Shown here piece after piece: positions 19,246-31,700 of a DNA stretch of 64,000 nucleotides; the stretch's first letter is position 1, and each line of letters opens with the position of its first letter. This DNA comes from an uncultured Acidobacteriaceae bacterium. GTDB taxonomy: Bacteria; Acidobacteriota; Terriglobia; Terriglobales; Acidobacteriaceae. The position numbers and the translations under genes were made by a program. The stretch is taken from positions 6,354 through 70,353 of the forward strand of contig CAWCWQ010000206.1 of NCBI GenBank assembly GCA_963799145.1, written 5' to 3'. The notes under the pieces are model-generated. The model made no database searches. It saw only the letters and a list, made by a program, of their open reading frames with translations, and was not told where the DNA came from.

Positions 19246-20140
19246 ATGGCCGATCGGACCGAACTTCTAGAAGCCGCGCTGAACACTCATCCAGAAGGAA
19301 TAGCGCTTCTGGACCTGGAAGACACCGTCGTCTTCTGGAACGATGCGGCGGAGGCCATCACCGGCCACGCTGGAGTGGACCTGGTGGGGCGGCTCGTGCC
19401 TGAAAAGCTAAAGCCTCTGCTGGAGCGCTACGCCCCACTGATGGATGCGGAGACCGATTCGGATCCTCGCTCGGTGCGCGGATCCCCGGTTCACGCGCGG
19501 CACAAACTGGGCCACGATGTGCCGGCGATGGCGCGCGTCCTTGTGTTGCGCGACGGGCTGGGCGGGCGCATCGGAACCGCGATCGTCTTTCATCCCACAG
19601 AGAGCCTGGATGCGCTGCCGCACGGAGAAACCGGCGAAACCGAAGGCGTGAAAGTAAGCCAGGCCGATCTCAAGGAACGGCTGGAGGCGGAGTTTGAGGA
19701 TTTCGCGCGCGGCGGCGAGACCTTCGGCGTGCTTTGGATCACCGTCGATCAGGCTCACGACCTGCGCAAGACCCACGGGGTCAAGGCCTGCGACACCATG
19801 CTCGAAAAAGTGGCGCAAGCGCTGGCCAGAGGGCTGCGGCCCACCGAGAAGATGGGACGCTGGGGCGAGGATGAGTTTCTGGTCATTTCGCACGAGCGCA
19901 CGCCCGGAGATGCTGGCAGCTCATGCGCAGGCGCTGGCCGGGCTGGCCCGTACGGCGGACTTTCGCTGGTGGGGCGACCGGGTATCGCTCACCGTGAGCA
20001 TCGGCGCAGCCCAGGCGGATCAGACCGGCACTCTGGCGGATCTGCTGGAAAGAGCGAAAGCCGCAATGTCTTCGAGCTTTCATGCGGGCGGAAATCAGAT
20101 AACATCCGCGCCGGGGGGGCAAGCATGTTTGCCATCATAG
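19246..20140 (+). CDS. PAS plus degenerate GGDEF-domain protein (frameshift near 19905)
   Basis: PAS (WNDAAEAITG); GRWGEDEF; continues in the frame of ORF 19694-20140 as TVSIGAA..LLERAKAAM..GGNQ. Confidence 0.8.
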
Positions 20141-21005
20141 GCATCGTCCTGGTCTTTGCATCGATCATCGGCGGCTTCCTGATGGAAAAGGGCCATATCC
20201 TGGTGCTTCTCCAGCCGGCCGAACTGCTGATCATTGCCGGCGCGGCCACAGGCACGCTGCTGGTGGCCAATCCGCTGCACATCATCAAAGGAGTGGCCAG
20301 CGGACTGCTGGGCGTGCTCAAAGGCTCGCCCTTCGGCAAGGCGCGCTACCTGAACACGCTCAAGATGATGTACCAGTTCCTGAACAAGGTGCGCAAGGAG
20401 GGACTGCTGAGCGTCGAAATGGATGTGGAGAAGCCCGAGGAAAGCTCTATCTTCAAGAACTATCCCGAGTTTCTCGGCGACCATCACGCCAGGGACTTTG
20501 TCTGCGACACGCTGCGCACGGCCATCACCGGCGGCGTGGAGCCCGTTCGACATGGACCAGATGATGGAGCTGGACATGGAAGTGCATCACCAGCGGCGCC
20601 ATGCAGCCGGTGAACGCGCTGACCACGGTGGCGGACGCGCTGCCGGGGCTGGGCATTGTGGCCGCGGTGCTGGGCGTGGTCATCACCATGGGCGCGCTGG
20701 GCGGTCCGCCCGAAGAGATCGGCGAAAAGGTGGCCGCCGCGCTGGTGGGCACCTTCCTTGGCATCCTGCTGTGCTACGGCGTGGTCGGCCCCTTGAGCTC
20801 GAACATGGGCAAGACCGCCGACGAACACAACGAATACCTGCACGTGCTGCGCGTGCTGATGCTCTCCTTCTTGAAGGGCTCGGCGCCCATGATCGCCATC
20901 GAGATGGGGCGGCGCGCCATTCCCGCGCATGTGCGGCCCAGCTTCGACGAGATGGAAAAGAACTGCAAGAGCCAAGTTGCCGGTGTTGAAGCGATCGCCG
21001 CGTAG
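20125..21005 (+). CDS. motA: flagellar stator MotA (frameshifts near 20545 and 20597)
   Basis: MFAIIGIVLVF..GG, QPAELLII, RKEGLL, ADALPGLGIVAAVLGVVITM, AALVGTFLGILLCYG, IEMGRR. Confidence 0.9.
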
Positions 21006-21037
21006 GGACCGCACCCCCTTTTGAGAATGGAAGCATC

Positions 21038-22038
21038 ATGGCAAGCAAGAGTCAACCGATCATCGTCATCAAGAAGAAGGGCGGCCACGGCGGCCATCAC
21101 GGCGGCGCGTGGAAGGTGGCCTATGCCGACTTCGTCACCGCCATGATGTCGCTGTTCATCGTGCTTTGGCTGATGGGCTCCAGCGACGAAAGTCAAGAAG
21201 GCCGTTGCCGGTTACTTCAACGACCCCAAGGGAACCGCCAACTTGCTCGGCACTACCATGGCCGGGGATGGCATAGCCGTCACCACCAAGCCCGACGACA
21301 ACATGAAGAAGCTGAAAGAGAAGCTCGAAGCGGAGATCAAGGCCAAGAAGGAACTGGAAAAGCTCTCCAAGCAGATTGAGATCACGATCACCCGCGAGGG
21401 GTTGCGCATTGAGCTGATCGAGGGCAAGGACGGAACCTTCTACGAGATGGGGAGCGCGAAGCTGAGCGCGAGCGGGCAGGACGCTGCTGGCGCTGCTGGC
21501 CGCGGAGCTGAAGACCCTGCCCAATTCGCTGCTGATCGAGGGCCATACCGACGCCACGCCCTACTCCAATGACAACAGCTACAGCAACTGGGATCTCTCG
21601 GCCGACCGCGCCAACTCCGCGCGCCGCCTGCTGCAGCAGGACGGCGTGCGCGCCGATCAGGTCTCGCAGGTGCGCGGCTATGCCGACCAGATGCTGCGCG
21701 TCAAGAACAATCCCACCGACCCCTCCAACCGGAGAATCTCGATCCTGGTCAAGAACGACAACGATCAAGTGCCGACCGTATCGGCTGAAAAGGTGCTCGA
21801 CGGCTCTGCGCCGCTGCCCAAGGCGGCCGAGAAGCCGAAGATCGCTGAGGACAAAGCCGGTCCGCGGGACACGCCGCCAGCCGCGGCTTCGGCTGCCGGC
21901 GATACGGTTCCGGCGTCAAGTCCAGCTCAACAAAAACCGGCTTCGGCTCCGGCCAAGCCTGCGACCGCAATCCCTCCAGCAGCCAAACCCGGCCTGTTGG
22001 ACAAGCTCCGATCCATGCTGCCGGGGGCAAAGAAGTAA
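21038..22038 (+). CDS. motB: flagellar stator MotB (frameshifts near 21190 and 21480)
   Basis: HHGGAWKVAYADFVTAMMSLFIVLWL; EGHTD, NWDLSADRAN and NRRISI OmpA-like motifs spread across frames. Confidence 0.9.
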
Positions 22039-22161
22039 CGGATCGGCGCATCGCTGGATGCGAACCACGCGTCGCGAGCGATCGAATCGGGGACACGCTG
22101 GAGCGGCATGGTGTACTCTGGTTGGCGAGCTAGAAAGCGTTTACCTGGAGGGCACTCTTTC

Positions 22162-23745
22162 ATGACCATTGTCGCCGGGGTTGACTTCGGCACACTTAGC
22201 GTTCGTGTAACTCTTGTCGATAGCCGGAGAGGCCCGATCGGAACCGCGTCGGCCTCTTACCCGCTGCACCGCCGCCGCGAAGATCCGAACTTCGCCACCC
22301 AGTCTCACGCCGACCAGATGGCTGCGCTGGCCCGCGCCGCTCGCGACGTGCTTGAGAGCACTGGCGTCGAGGGCGGCGCCGTCGCGGCCATCGCGCTGGA
22401 CACGACCGGCTCCAGCGTCATACCCGTGGGCGAGGGGCTTGAACCGCTCGACGACTACTACCTCTGGTGCGATCATCGCGCCTTTGCCGAGGCCGAGGAG
22501 ATTACGGCCAAGGCTCATCAGGTGGGTTTCGAGGGCATCGAGTGGTGCGGCGGCGTCTACTCCCACGAGTGGGGATTCGCCAAGCTGCTCCACTGGCTGC
22601 GCCACAACCCCGAGAAACGCTCCAGCTTTGTTACCGCTCTCGAACATTGCGACATGGTTGCGGCCACGCTGTGCGGCATCGAGACTGTCGCCGAGCTGAA
22701 GCGCAGCGTCTGCGCCATGGGCCACAAGTGGATGTGGAATCCCAAGTGGGGCGGGCTGCCGCCGGAGGAGTTTCTGGTCGCGGTCGACCCTGTCTTCGCC
22801 GGTGCGCGCGCCAAGCTGGGCGGCGAATACCTGACCAGCGACCACCTGGCCGGGCATCTCTCGGCGGAGTGGGCTGAAAAACTCGGCCTCCGCGCCGGAA
22901 TTCCCATCCCCGTGGGCGCGTTCGACGCCCATTGGGACGCCATCGGCTCCAACATACGCGAGGGCGACGTGGTGAATGTGGTGGGCACCTCCACCTGCAT
23001 CATCGCCATGGCCCGCGAGGCGCAATTGGTTCCCGGCGTCTGCGGCGTGGTGCCGGGCAGCGTGCATCCCGGCTACACCGGCATCGAGGCTGGCCTCTCC
23101 GCCGTGGGAGACATCTTCGACGGGATCGCCCGGCGCGCCCAGACCACCGTGGCCGCGCTCTCCGAGGGCCTGGAAAGCTACAAGGCCGGGCAGACCGGCC
23201 TGCTGCGCCTGAGCTGGGACAATGGCGACCGAACGGTACTGGTGAATCCCGAGCTGGGCGGCGTCACGCTGGGCTGGAACCTTGTACACACCGCCCAGGA
23301 CGAGCTCTTCGCCGCCATCGAGGGCACAGCCTTGCACACCCGCATTATCTTCGAGCGCATGGCCGAGCACGGCGTGCGCATCGACCGCGTCATCAATGCC
23401 GGCGGCATTCCGCAGAAGAGCGAGGTACTCAACCAGGTCTACGCCAACGTGCTCAAGAAGCCGGTGCTGGTGCCCGCGGGGATTCCCACCAGCCTGGGCT
23501 CGGGAATCTTCGCGCTGCTGGCCGCCGGCGCCTACAGGACCATTGAGGAGGCGCAGGCCGCGGTCTGCCTGCCGCTGCGCACGGTCGTGCCCGACCCCAA
23601 GTCTGCCGCGGTCTACGAGCAGCTCTACCGGCTCTATCGCGATGCGTACTTCGCCCTGGGCAAGCGCGACGCGAAGCCGCTGGCATTGGGCCGCGTGCTG
23701 CCGGAGTTGCGCAGGATTGCGGCGGAGGCGCGGAAGGCAGGTTGA
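22162..23745 (+). CDS. araB: ribulokinase (FGGY carbohydrate kinase)
   Basis: GVDFGTLSVR, DTTGSS, LWCDH, DAH, GTSTC, WDNGDR, GGIPQK. Confidence 0.85.
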   Translation: MTIVAGVDFGTLSVRVTLVDSRRGPIGTASASYPLHRRREDPNFATQSHADQMAALARAARDVLESTGVEGGAVAAIALDTTGSSVIPVGEGLEPLDDYYLWCDHRAFAEAEEITAKAHQVGFEGIEWCGGVYSHEWGFAKLLHWLRHNPEKRSSFVTALEHCDMVAATLCGIETVAELKRSVCAMGHKWMWNPKWGGLPPEEFLVAVDPVFAGARAKLGGEYLTSDHLAGHLSAEWAEKLGLRAGIPIPVGAFDAHWDAIGSNIREGDVVNVVGTSTCIIAMAREAQLVPGVCGVVPGSVHPGYTGIEAGLSAVGDIFDGIARRAQTTVAALSEGLESYKAGQTGLLRLSWDNGDRTVLVNPELGGVTLGWNLVHTAQDELFAAIEGTALHTRIIFERMAEHGVRIDRVINAGGIPQKSEVLNQVYANVLKKPVLVPAGIPTSLGSGIFALLAAGAYRTIEEAQAAVCLPLRTVVPDPKSAAVYEQLYRLYRDAYFALGKRDAKPLALGRVLPELRRIAAEARKAG

Positions 23746-24049
23746 GGTTTATGGCCTCCAATGAGTCAAAATCGAGGAAGAAACACGCGAAAAGCGACGA
23801 AGACGGCAGATATTGATTACTAGTCAGTCAACAGGGTGAATTCTTAAGCGATTGATGCATTGAGGTTTATGAGAAGGCCGGGGTTGAAAAGGGGAGGCCC
23901 CTGGAGGGTAGGGGGTGGGGGTGCGAACCAGGCACATCCCTGACACATTTAGCCGGGCTACCCACACTCTTCTCCCATCTGCCATTATGCGCCGCAGGGA
24001 GTTCATTCTACGCAAGGACCGCAGGGGAAGCAGGCCACTCGGCGGTCGA

Positions 24050-24347
24050 CTCCCACTCGCGGCAAAAAGAACTCATCAAGGATGGGGCACCCGGCGGTCC
24101 AGAGTCGTGCTTTCCCGCCCTTTGCCAGAAAAGAGGCGAAGGATGTGGCACCCACTTTTGTGGAAAGAACAAGATTCCACAGAACTTGCGTGCGCCACCC
24201 GCCGTACATCCAATCACAACAGATGTGGAGTAAGAGCAAAACCGCACTGCCGAGTTCTGTGCTGTCCCAGGTGCCCAAAAGCGAGGCGTCTGGGGCACCC
24301 AGTTTCAGTGATTGTGCTCACTTCTCTCGGCACCTGGGCCACCCGCC
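24050..24347 (+). repeat. cluster of three REP-like units (TCCC..hairpin..GGGGCACCC, two followed by GCCACCCGCC)
   Basis: GATGGGGCACCC near 24081, GATGTGGCACCC near 24142, TGGGGCACCC at 24291; GCCACCCGCC at 24194 and 24338. Confidence 0.65.
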
Positions 24348-24448
24348 GAACAAAGTAAGTGCGCTTGGGAACCCTAGTCTGATGCGGAATGCTCCGAAGG
24401 CGCGATTGGCCGCAGCGCAGGTGCCCCCGCCGCAGCTGGCGCAGGCAG

Positions 24449-24964
24449 TCAGGCGGCCGTATCGCCGCGGATTTGCAGGGGCGCGTTCAACTGCTGGCGG
24501 AGGCTGCCGGCCAGGTCGGCCACCACGCGCAGCTTGTCGGCGATGGGCGAGGAGGCTTCGCTGCCGGAGAGCGCCAACTGCGAGTGCAGCAGCAGGCCGG
24601 CGACCGTGGTCTTCAGCTCGCTTTCGATGGCGGCGGCGGCGGCCCGGCGGGCCAGCGTCTGCTCCCGCTCGCGGCGATGCAGGGCGGCGCGAATCTCCCG
24701 GATCAGCCGGGCCGCGCCGGAGAGCGCGAAGTTGATCTGCAAGGGAATCGCCAGGCCGGCGCGCTCCCAGATGGCCTCGGCGGCCGCCGGGTCGCACTCG
24801 GCCATGGTCTCATCCACCACCACGGCGGCAAACTCCCGGCGGCGCAGCGCGGCCAGCGCGGCCTTGCGCCCCTCCGCCACCTCAACCTCCATGCCCAGTT
24901 GCGCGCCCACCACGGCGGCGCAGTTGCGGGCGCCTTCGATTCCGGTCACAATCAGAATGCTCAT
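24449..24964 (-). CDS. receiver-like / HisKA-like hypothetical signalling protein
   Basis: ALAALRRREFAAVVVD receiver-like strand; SELKTTVAGLLLHSQLAL resembles an H-box helix without the His. Confidence 0.6.
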   Translation of the reverse strand: MSILIVTGIEGARNCAAVVGAQLGMEVEVAEGRKAALAALRRREFAAVVVDETMAECDPAAAEAIWERAGLAIPLQINFALSGAARLIREIRAALHRREREQTLARRAAAAAIESELKTTVAGLLLHSQLALSGSEASSPIADKLRVVADLAGSLRQQLNAPLQIRGDTAA

Positions 24965-25009
24965 TCCCGGCTCCTTGTTCCGTTGATTGCAGTGCATGGC
25001 TTCTAGCCC

Positions 25010-25145
25010 TTAGCTATTAGCTATTAGCTCTTAGCTCTTAGCTTTTAGCTTTTAGCCTTCTGCGCGAGGACCGGCGTCGAGGATAACCTCAGCCGCCGGC
25101 GACAGCAGGAAGAAGCTAAAGGCTAAAAGCTAAGAGCAAAAGGCT
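25010..25145. repeat. inverted arrays of 7-bp tandem repeats: (TTAGCYH)7 ... (RRGCWAA)4
   Basis: Seven TTAGCYH units at 25010-25058; AAGCTAA AGGCTAA AAGCTAA GAGCAAA at 25113-25140 are the reverse complement. Confidence 0.85.
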
Positions 25146-25152
25146 GCTTCTT

Positions 25153-26614
<1,462 letters not shown>

Positions 26615-26689
26615 TGTATTCGCCTCGCGCTTGCTTGGTTAAGTTGGGTCTGAGATTGCCGATCCCGGCATTGCGCCGGAAGCCCTGTT

Positions 26690-27594
26690 TCAGCGGGTGC
26701 GGACGGGCAGCTCGATCTCGAAGCGCGCCCCCGCCGGGAGTCGCGGTTGGCGGCGTGAATCCGGCCGCCCGCCGCCTCGACGATGGAGCGGGTGATGGAC
26801 AGGCCCAGCCCGCGATGCGCGGCTGGCCAGCCGCCGTTTGCTTGAGCGCCGGGCGCGCGCGTGGTATAGCCGGACTCGAAGATCTTCTCCAGCGCCTTCT
26901 GCGGGATGCCCGGCCCGTTGTCTTCGATGGTCAGCATCAGCCAGGGTCCGGCCTTTGCCGCGGCATGAAACTCGCGCAGGCCAAGCGCGATTCGCCCTCC
27001 CGCCGGCATGGCCTCGGCGGCGTTCTTCACCAGGTTGACCAGAATTCTGGTCAGGTCTTCGCCGGTCAGCCACACCGGCTGCGCGCCGCCTTCGGCGTCC
27101 ACGGTCAGGGCAGATCGGGGCCCGGCCAGGGCGGCCAGCAGATTGCGGTTGGCCAGCCAGTTCCGCGGCCAGGCTGTCGATCGGCTCGGCCGGGATCAGG
27201 TCCCAGCGCCGCGACTTTCCCTGCCGTTCGAGACCGGCCGCATTCGCCGCGATCGCGGGCCATCCTTCCGGCTGGCGCGAGCCGCCTGGCGCGGGAGCCG
27301 CTCCCGGAGCCTCGCCGGCGTCCAGCGCCACCAGCTTTTCCACCAGCCGGCGGCTGGCCGCGGCCACCAGCCGCAGTTCGTTTCCGTAGTGGATGAATGG
27401 AGCCGCTCAGCACCCCCGGCTCCTCCAGAAGATCGCAGTAGAGCCCCAGCGCCGTGACCATGTTTCTGGCGTCATGCGCCACCTCTGCCAGGTTCTCGCC
27501 TTCGCTGCGCAGGTTGGCCAGCGTCTCCACCACCGCTTCCACCCGCTTGCGCTCCGCTCCGCTCCATTCCCGCCGTTTGCTCCATCTGCTGCAT
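26690..27594 (-). CDS. cytoplasmic sensor histidine kinase (multiple frameshifts)
   Basis: H-box EVAHDARNMV, N-box ILVNLVKNAAEAM, DNGPGI, GYTT, GLGLSI spread over several frames; AAGGAG RBS before ATG 27594. Confidence 0.75.
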
Positions 27595-27631
27595 GGCCTG
27601 CTCCTTCTTCCAATCCCGCATTCCCGGTTTC

Positions 27632-27683
27632 CCTATCCCTATCCCTATTCCCTAGTCCCTGTCCCTGTCCCTGCTCCTGTCCT
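27632..27683. repeat. short tandem repeat (CCCTAT/CCCTGT-type units)
   Basis: ccctatccctatccctattccctagtccctgtccctgtccctgctcctgtcc. Confidence 0.7.
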
Positions 27684-27690
27684 CTTCTAT

Positions 27691-27707
27691 TACACGTAGC
27701 GTGCCAA
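27691..27707 (-). promoter_or_regulatory. possible sigma54 promoter upstream of the kinase/activator operon
   Basis: Minus strand TTGGCACGctacGTGTA: good -24 element, but -12 reads GT instead of GC. Confidence 0.35.
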
Positions 27708-27978
27708 ACCAGAACGGCTTCGCTAAGTTCCTGATAAGGGAAGAGCTTACCGTCCAATTCCCGGACAGCCGCAGCGCGCCGATTTGGGCCGCGCCTCCCA
27801 AAATGGAACAGAAAACTTTGGGGCTGCCCGTGCAGATCGAGTCTACCCATTCATTTTCAGCAGGTTAGGCCATTCTTCCTGTTTCGGGTTGGGAGAAGCC
27901 CAATTTCCCTCTTTGGGACCCTGCCTTTCCCAGCGACCCGTCCCTCGGAAGGCCGCCCGCTTCCCGTACAATCCCCCT

Positions 27979-28722
27979 ATGAATGCATCCACCGCGTCAC
28001 CCTTCTTCCGTCCCGGCGGCAGAACTCCTGTCCAGCTTCGCCCGCTCACCCTCACTCCCGGCTTTGTCCAGACCGCCGAAGGCTCGGTGCTGGTCTCGCT
28101 CGGCAACACGCGGGTGCTGACCAACGCCACCATCGAGCAGGGCGTTCCCGGCTGGCTGCGCAACTCGGGCCGCGGCTGGGTGACGGCCGAGTACGCCATG
28201 CTGCCCCGCTCCACCGTCACCCGCACTCCGCGGGAGAGCGAGAAGGGCAAGATCGGCGGGCGCACCCACGAGATTCAGCGGCTGATCGGCCGCAGCCTGC
28301 GCTCGGTGGTGGACATGAAGGCGCTGGGCGAGCGGACGGTGATTCTGGACTGCGACGTGATCCAGGCCGACGGCGGCACGCGCACGGCGGCCATCACCGG
28401 CGCGGCGGTGGCGCTGGCCCTGGCCCTGAAGGCCCTGGTCGAGGCGGGAACGCTCAAGGCTTCGCCGCTCAGGCAACTGGTGGCCGCCACTTCGGTTGGC
28501 ATGGTGGGCGGCACGGCGCTGCTCGATCTCTGCTACGAGGAGGACTCCCAGGCCGAGGTGGACATGAACGTGGTGATGACCGCCGACGGCGGCCTCATCG
28601 AAACCCAGGCCACGGCCGAGAAGGGATCCTTTTCCCGCGCCCAGTTGAATTCGCTAGTCGATCTGGCCGAGGTTGGGCTCAAAGAAATATTCGCCGCGCA
28701 GCGGGCGGTACTTGGGCTCTAG
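27979..28722 (+). CDS. rph: ribonuclease PH
   Basis: [62 protein letters not shown]. Confidence 0.97.
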   Translation: MNASTASPFFRPGGRTPVQLRPLTLTPGFVQTAEGSVLVSLGNTRVLTNATIEQGVPGWLRNSGRGWVTAEYAMLPRSTVTRTPRESEKGKIGGRTHEIQRLIGRSLRSVVDMKALGERTVILDCDVIQADGGTRTAAITGAAVALALALKALVEAGTLKASPLRQLVAATSVGMVGGTALLDLCYEEDSQAEVDMNVVMTADGGLIETQATAEKGSFSRAQLNSLVDLAEVGLKEIFAAQRAVLGL

Positions 28723-28810
28723 CGTTGAGTCTGCAAAGTTGTTCCTGAAGCCCTCATCGGTCCTTCCCCTACGACGGGAATCGCCCCGTCGGCACGGAAG
28801 ATCCAGTTCC

Positions 28811-29650
28811 TCAGTCTTTCCCAGTCCTTGGGGCTACGCTTCCCAGATGTTCTGGCCGGTAGGCTCGCTCCACTGCGCCGCTGACAGTGCCCCTGGGCAG
28901 GAAGCGCGGAGCATTGGCGATTACCCAGGCTGACGCAGAGGGCCGGATGCAACGCTTGCCCTCCGCCAATCCCCGCAGGCCTTTGCGGGCGACTTCCTCT
29001 GCCGGTTGCAGAGAGGAGTGCTGCTCAACGGAAGCTCCGTCTTTTGTCATCACCATCTCCGATGCGGTTGGGCCGGGGCACAGGGCCGAAACGCGCACTC
29101 CGTAACGCGCCACCTCTTCCGCAATCCCCTCGGCAAACAGGAGGTCGAATCCCTTGGTCGCGGCATAGGTTGCGATATATGGCGCGGGGATCAGGCTCGT
29201 GGAGGCGAGGATCAGAATGTGTCCCGAGCGGCGTTCCACCATGCCGCCAAGGAAGAGATGTGTCAGATGCACGACCGCATGGCAATGAACCTGTACCATT
29301 CTGAGCTGCGCTTCGAGGCCGCTTGCATAAAACTCGCCATAGCGGCCCAGCCCCGCATTGTTGACCAGCACATCGATCGTCAGGTTTTGCTCCTTCGTGA
29401 ACGCAAAGAGCCTCTCCGGGGCCTGCGCGTCGTTGAGATCGGCCTGAAAAGCCTTCGCCTGAATCCCATGCTTGCTTTCGAGGGACTCAGCCAACTCGTT
29501 CAGGCGGTCCAGTCTGCGCGCGGTCAGCAGCAGATGCGCGCCTTGCGCCGCAAGCTCTTCGGCGATCGCCTTGCCGATGCCGGAGCTGGCTCCGGTGACG
29601 AGGGCCCATTTGCCGCGCCAGATTTCGGAGTTCCTAACCCTCTTGCTCAT
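28811..29650 (-). CDS. short-chain dehydrogenase/reductase
   Basis: TGASSGIG, NNAG, YAATK. Confidence 0.92.
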   Translation of the reverse strand: MSKRVRNSEIWRGKWALVTGASSGIGKAIAEELAAQGAHLLLTARRLDRLNELAESLESKHGIQAKAFQADLNDAQAPERLFAFTKEQNLTIDVLVNNAGLGRYGEFYASGLEAQLRMVQVHCHAVVHLTHLFLGGMVERRSGHILILASTSLIPAPYIATYAATKGFDLLFAEGIAEEVARYGVRVSALCPGPTASEMVMTKDGASVEQHSSLQPAEEVARKGLRGLAEGKRCIRPSASAWVIANAPRFLPRGTVSGAVERAYRPEHLGSVAPRTGKD

Positions 29651-30227
29651 CACTTTCCCTCGTTCCTTCCGCCGCTTTCAGGCGCATTTCAACTCGTCTT
29701 CTGCACTTCCAGCAGCACTCGAGGCCAGCCCGCGCGCTCGCCAGGCCGAACTCCAGGGTCAGTTGCATATGAAGCTCCGCCGCTCCACCGACCTCAGGGT
29801 AAGACGGATCGTGCCGCCGCCATTTCTCTTCCAGGAATTCCATCGCCTGCAACCGGTAGCGCAGCAATGCCTCCAGCCCGGAGAAGTATTTGAGCGTTTG
29901 CCGGTAGTCGTCGAGCCCCCCCAGCAGCGCCAGTTGCACCAGAAACGGATGGCGCTCGTCGTGCAGAACGGGGTCGGAGCAGAGCCAGCGTTCCAACTCG
30001 GCCTGACCCCCCGGAGACAGCCGATATACGCGCTTCGCCGAGCCGCGTTCGCCGGGCGCTCTGGCGCTGGTCAGCAGGCCCCGATCCTCCAGCCGTTCGA
30101 GCGCGGGATAGATCTGACTCAGTTCCGCATTCCAGATGTGCCGCAACCCTTCCTCGAAGGCGCGCTTGATCTCGTAACCCGTCACGCCTTCGCGGGTGAC
30201 GCCGAGCAGCAGATGGTTAAGGCTCAT
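29634..30227 (-). CDS. PadR-family transcriptional regulator
   Basis: TGYEIK, SQIYPALERLEDRGL, KRVYRLSPGG. Confidence 0.9.
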   Translation of the reverse strand: MSLNHLLLGVTREGVTGYEIKRAFEEGLRHIWNAELSQIYPALERLEDRGLLTSARAPGERGSAKRVYRLSPGGQAELERWLCSDPVLHDERHPFLVQLALLGGLDDYRQTLKYFSGLEALLRYRLQAMEFLEEKWRRHDPSYPEVGGAAELHMQLTLEFGLASARAGLECCWKCRRRVEMRLKAAEGTRESDEQEG

Positions 30228-30567
30228 GAGAATAAAATATCACAATATATATAACTACTTGTATTACAACCGGAGAAGTCCAACCCCGATCCTCCAGACA
30301 AAGTCTTCAGCAGATTCTCCCGGTTGACGGCCGGTCGCAGTAGAAGCATCGCTTCGCAACGCATCCGTCCCAAATCGGTGTGCCGGAAGGCCATTACCTG
30401 ACTGTGCTAACAAGCACACCTTTGGCAGGCGGGCCTCTGCTACCATAAGGACGATTGCAGTTCCTGCCGCCTCCGAGGCTGATTGCCCGCCCGCAAGGGC
30501 CCGAGCGCAGCGGCGGCCGGAGCGAAAGCAATCCCGCCGGCAAGACCGGCGCACAGGAGAAATCTCT

Positions 30568-31624
30568 ATGCCTCTAGTCTCCATGCGGCAGCTCCTCGAC
30601 GAGGCCGCCAAGGGCGGTTACGGCGTCGGCGCATTCAACGTCAACGATATGGAACAGATTCAGGCCATCATGGCGCGCGGCCAAGGAAACCAAGTCGCCG
30701 GTCATCATCCAGGCCAGCCGCGGCGCGCGCGCAGTTCGCGCAGGACCGCTACCTCTTCCACCTGATCCTGGCCGCCAGCCGAGCTCTATCCCGAGATTCC
30801 CATCGCCATGCACCAGGATCACGGCAACAGCTTTGAGACCTGCAAGAGCGCCATCGAGCTGGGCTACACCTAGCGTCATGATGGACGGCTCGCTCAAGGA
30901 AGACGGCAAGACCCCGTCCACCTTCGAAGAGAACGTCGCAGTCACCAAGCAGCGTGGTCGATTTCGCGCACGAGCGCGGCGTCACCGTCGAAGGCGAAAT
31001 CGGCGTGCTGGGCGGCGTTGAAGACGGCCACGGCGCCGGCGGCACGCGGCCTCGAGCACATCACCGACCCCGACCAGGCGGTCGAGTTCGCCGAGCGGAC
31101 CGGCGTGGACGCGCTGGCCATCGCCATCGGCACCAGCCACGGCGCCTACAAGTTCACCAAGAAGCCCGACGGCTCGGTGCTCAAGATGGATGTGCTGATC
31201 GCCATCCACAAGCGCCTGCCCAACACCCACCTGGTCATGCACGGCAGCTCCTCGGTGCCCAAGGACCTGCAGGACATCATCAACCAGTACGGCGGCAAGC
31301 TGAAGGAGACCTGGGGCGTGCCGGTCGAGGAGATTCAGCTCGGCATCCGCAACGGCGTGCGCAAGATCAACGTGGACACCGACAACCGCCTGGCCATGAC
31401 CGGCGCCATCCGCAAGGTGCTTTGGACGCACGCCGGAGAAGTTCGATCCCCGCGACTACATGAAGCCCGCCCGCGAGGCCATGCAGAAGGTCGTCGCCCA
31501 GCGCATGACCCAGTTCGGCCAGGCCGGCCACGCCGGCGACTACGCGCCGATCTCCATCGCCGAGATCGCCAAGGGCTACGCCGACGGCACCCTCGCCACC
31601 CAGCCGCTGGTCGCCGCCAAATAA
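30568..31624 (+). CDS. fba: class II fructose-bisphosphate aldolase (several frameshifts and one in-frame TAG, probably errors)
   Basis: [50 protein letters not shown]. Confidence 0.9.
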
Positions 31625-31646
31625 CTTCGGTTTCGAGCATCAGGAA

Positions 31647-31680
31647 AAGGGCCGATCCGCTTGCGCGGATCGGCCTTCTT
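31647..31680. terminator. intrinsic terminator, probably bidirectional
   Basis: GGCCGATCCGC-ttgc-GCGGATCGGCC stem flanked by A- and T-rich tracts between convergent genes. Confidence 0.8.
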
Positions 31681-31700
31681 CATTGGGGTGTGGGCTGGTA

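Noticed and set aside
19246-20613. Apparent PAS-GGDEF-MotA fusion protein of 455 aa
   Set aside because: Artefact of a frameshift near 19905; the GGDEF C-terminus lies in another frame and motA has its own ATG at 20125.
20125-22038. MotAB-like pair as a Zorya defence system
   Set aside because: MotA is of normal length without the ZorA tail, MotB has the canonical flagellar WKVAYADF motif, and there is no zorC/D/E.
23880-23925. G-run cluster as a G-quadruplex
   Set aside because: G-runs are expected in GC-rich DNA and there is no supporting context.
24050-24347. Possible CRISPR array
   Set aside because: Units are too divergent and irregularly spaced, no cas genes are present, and the same motif occurs singly elsewhere; better explained as REP-like repeats.
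30871-30873. In-frame TAG in fba as stop-codon recoding
   Set aside because: Lies among several indels in the same gene and TAG terminates other genes here; a sequencing error is simpler.
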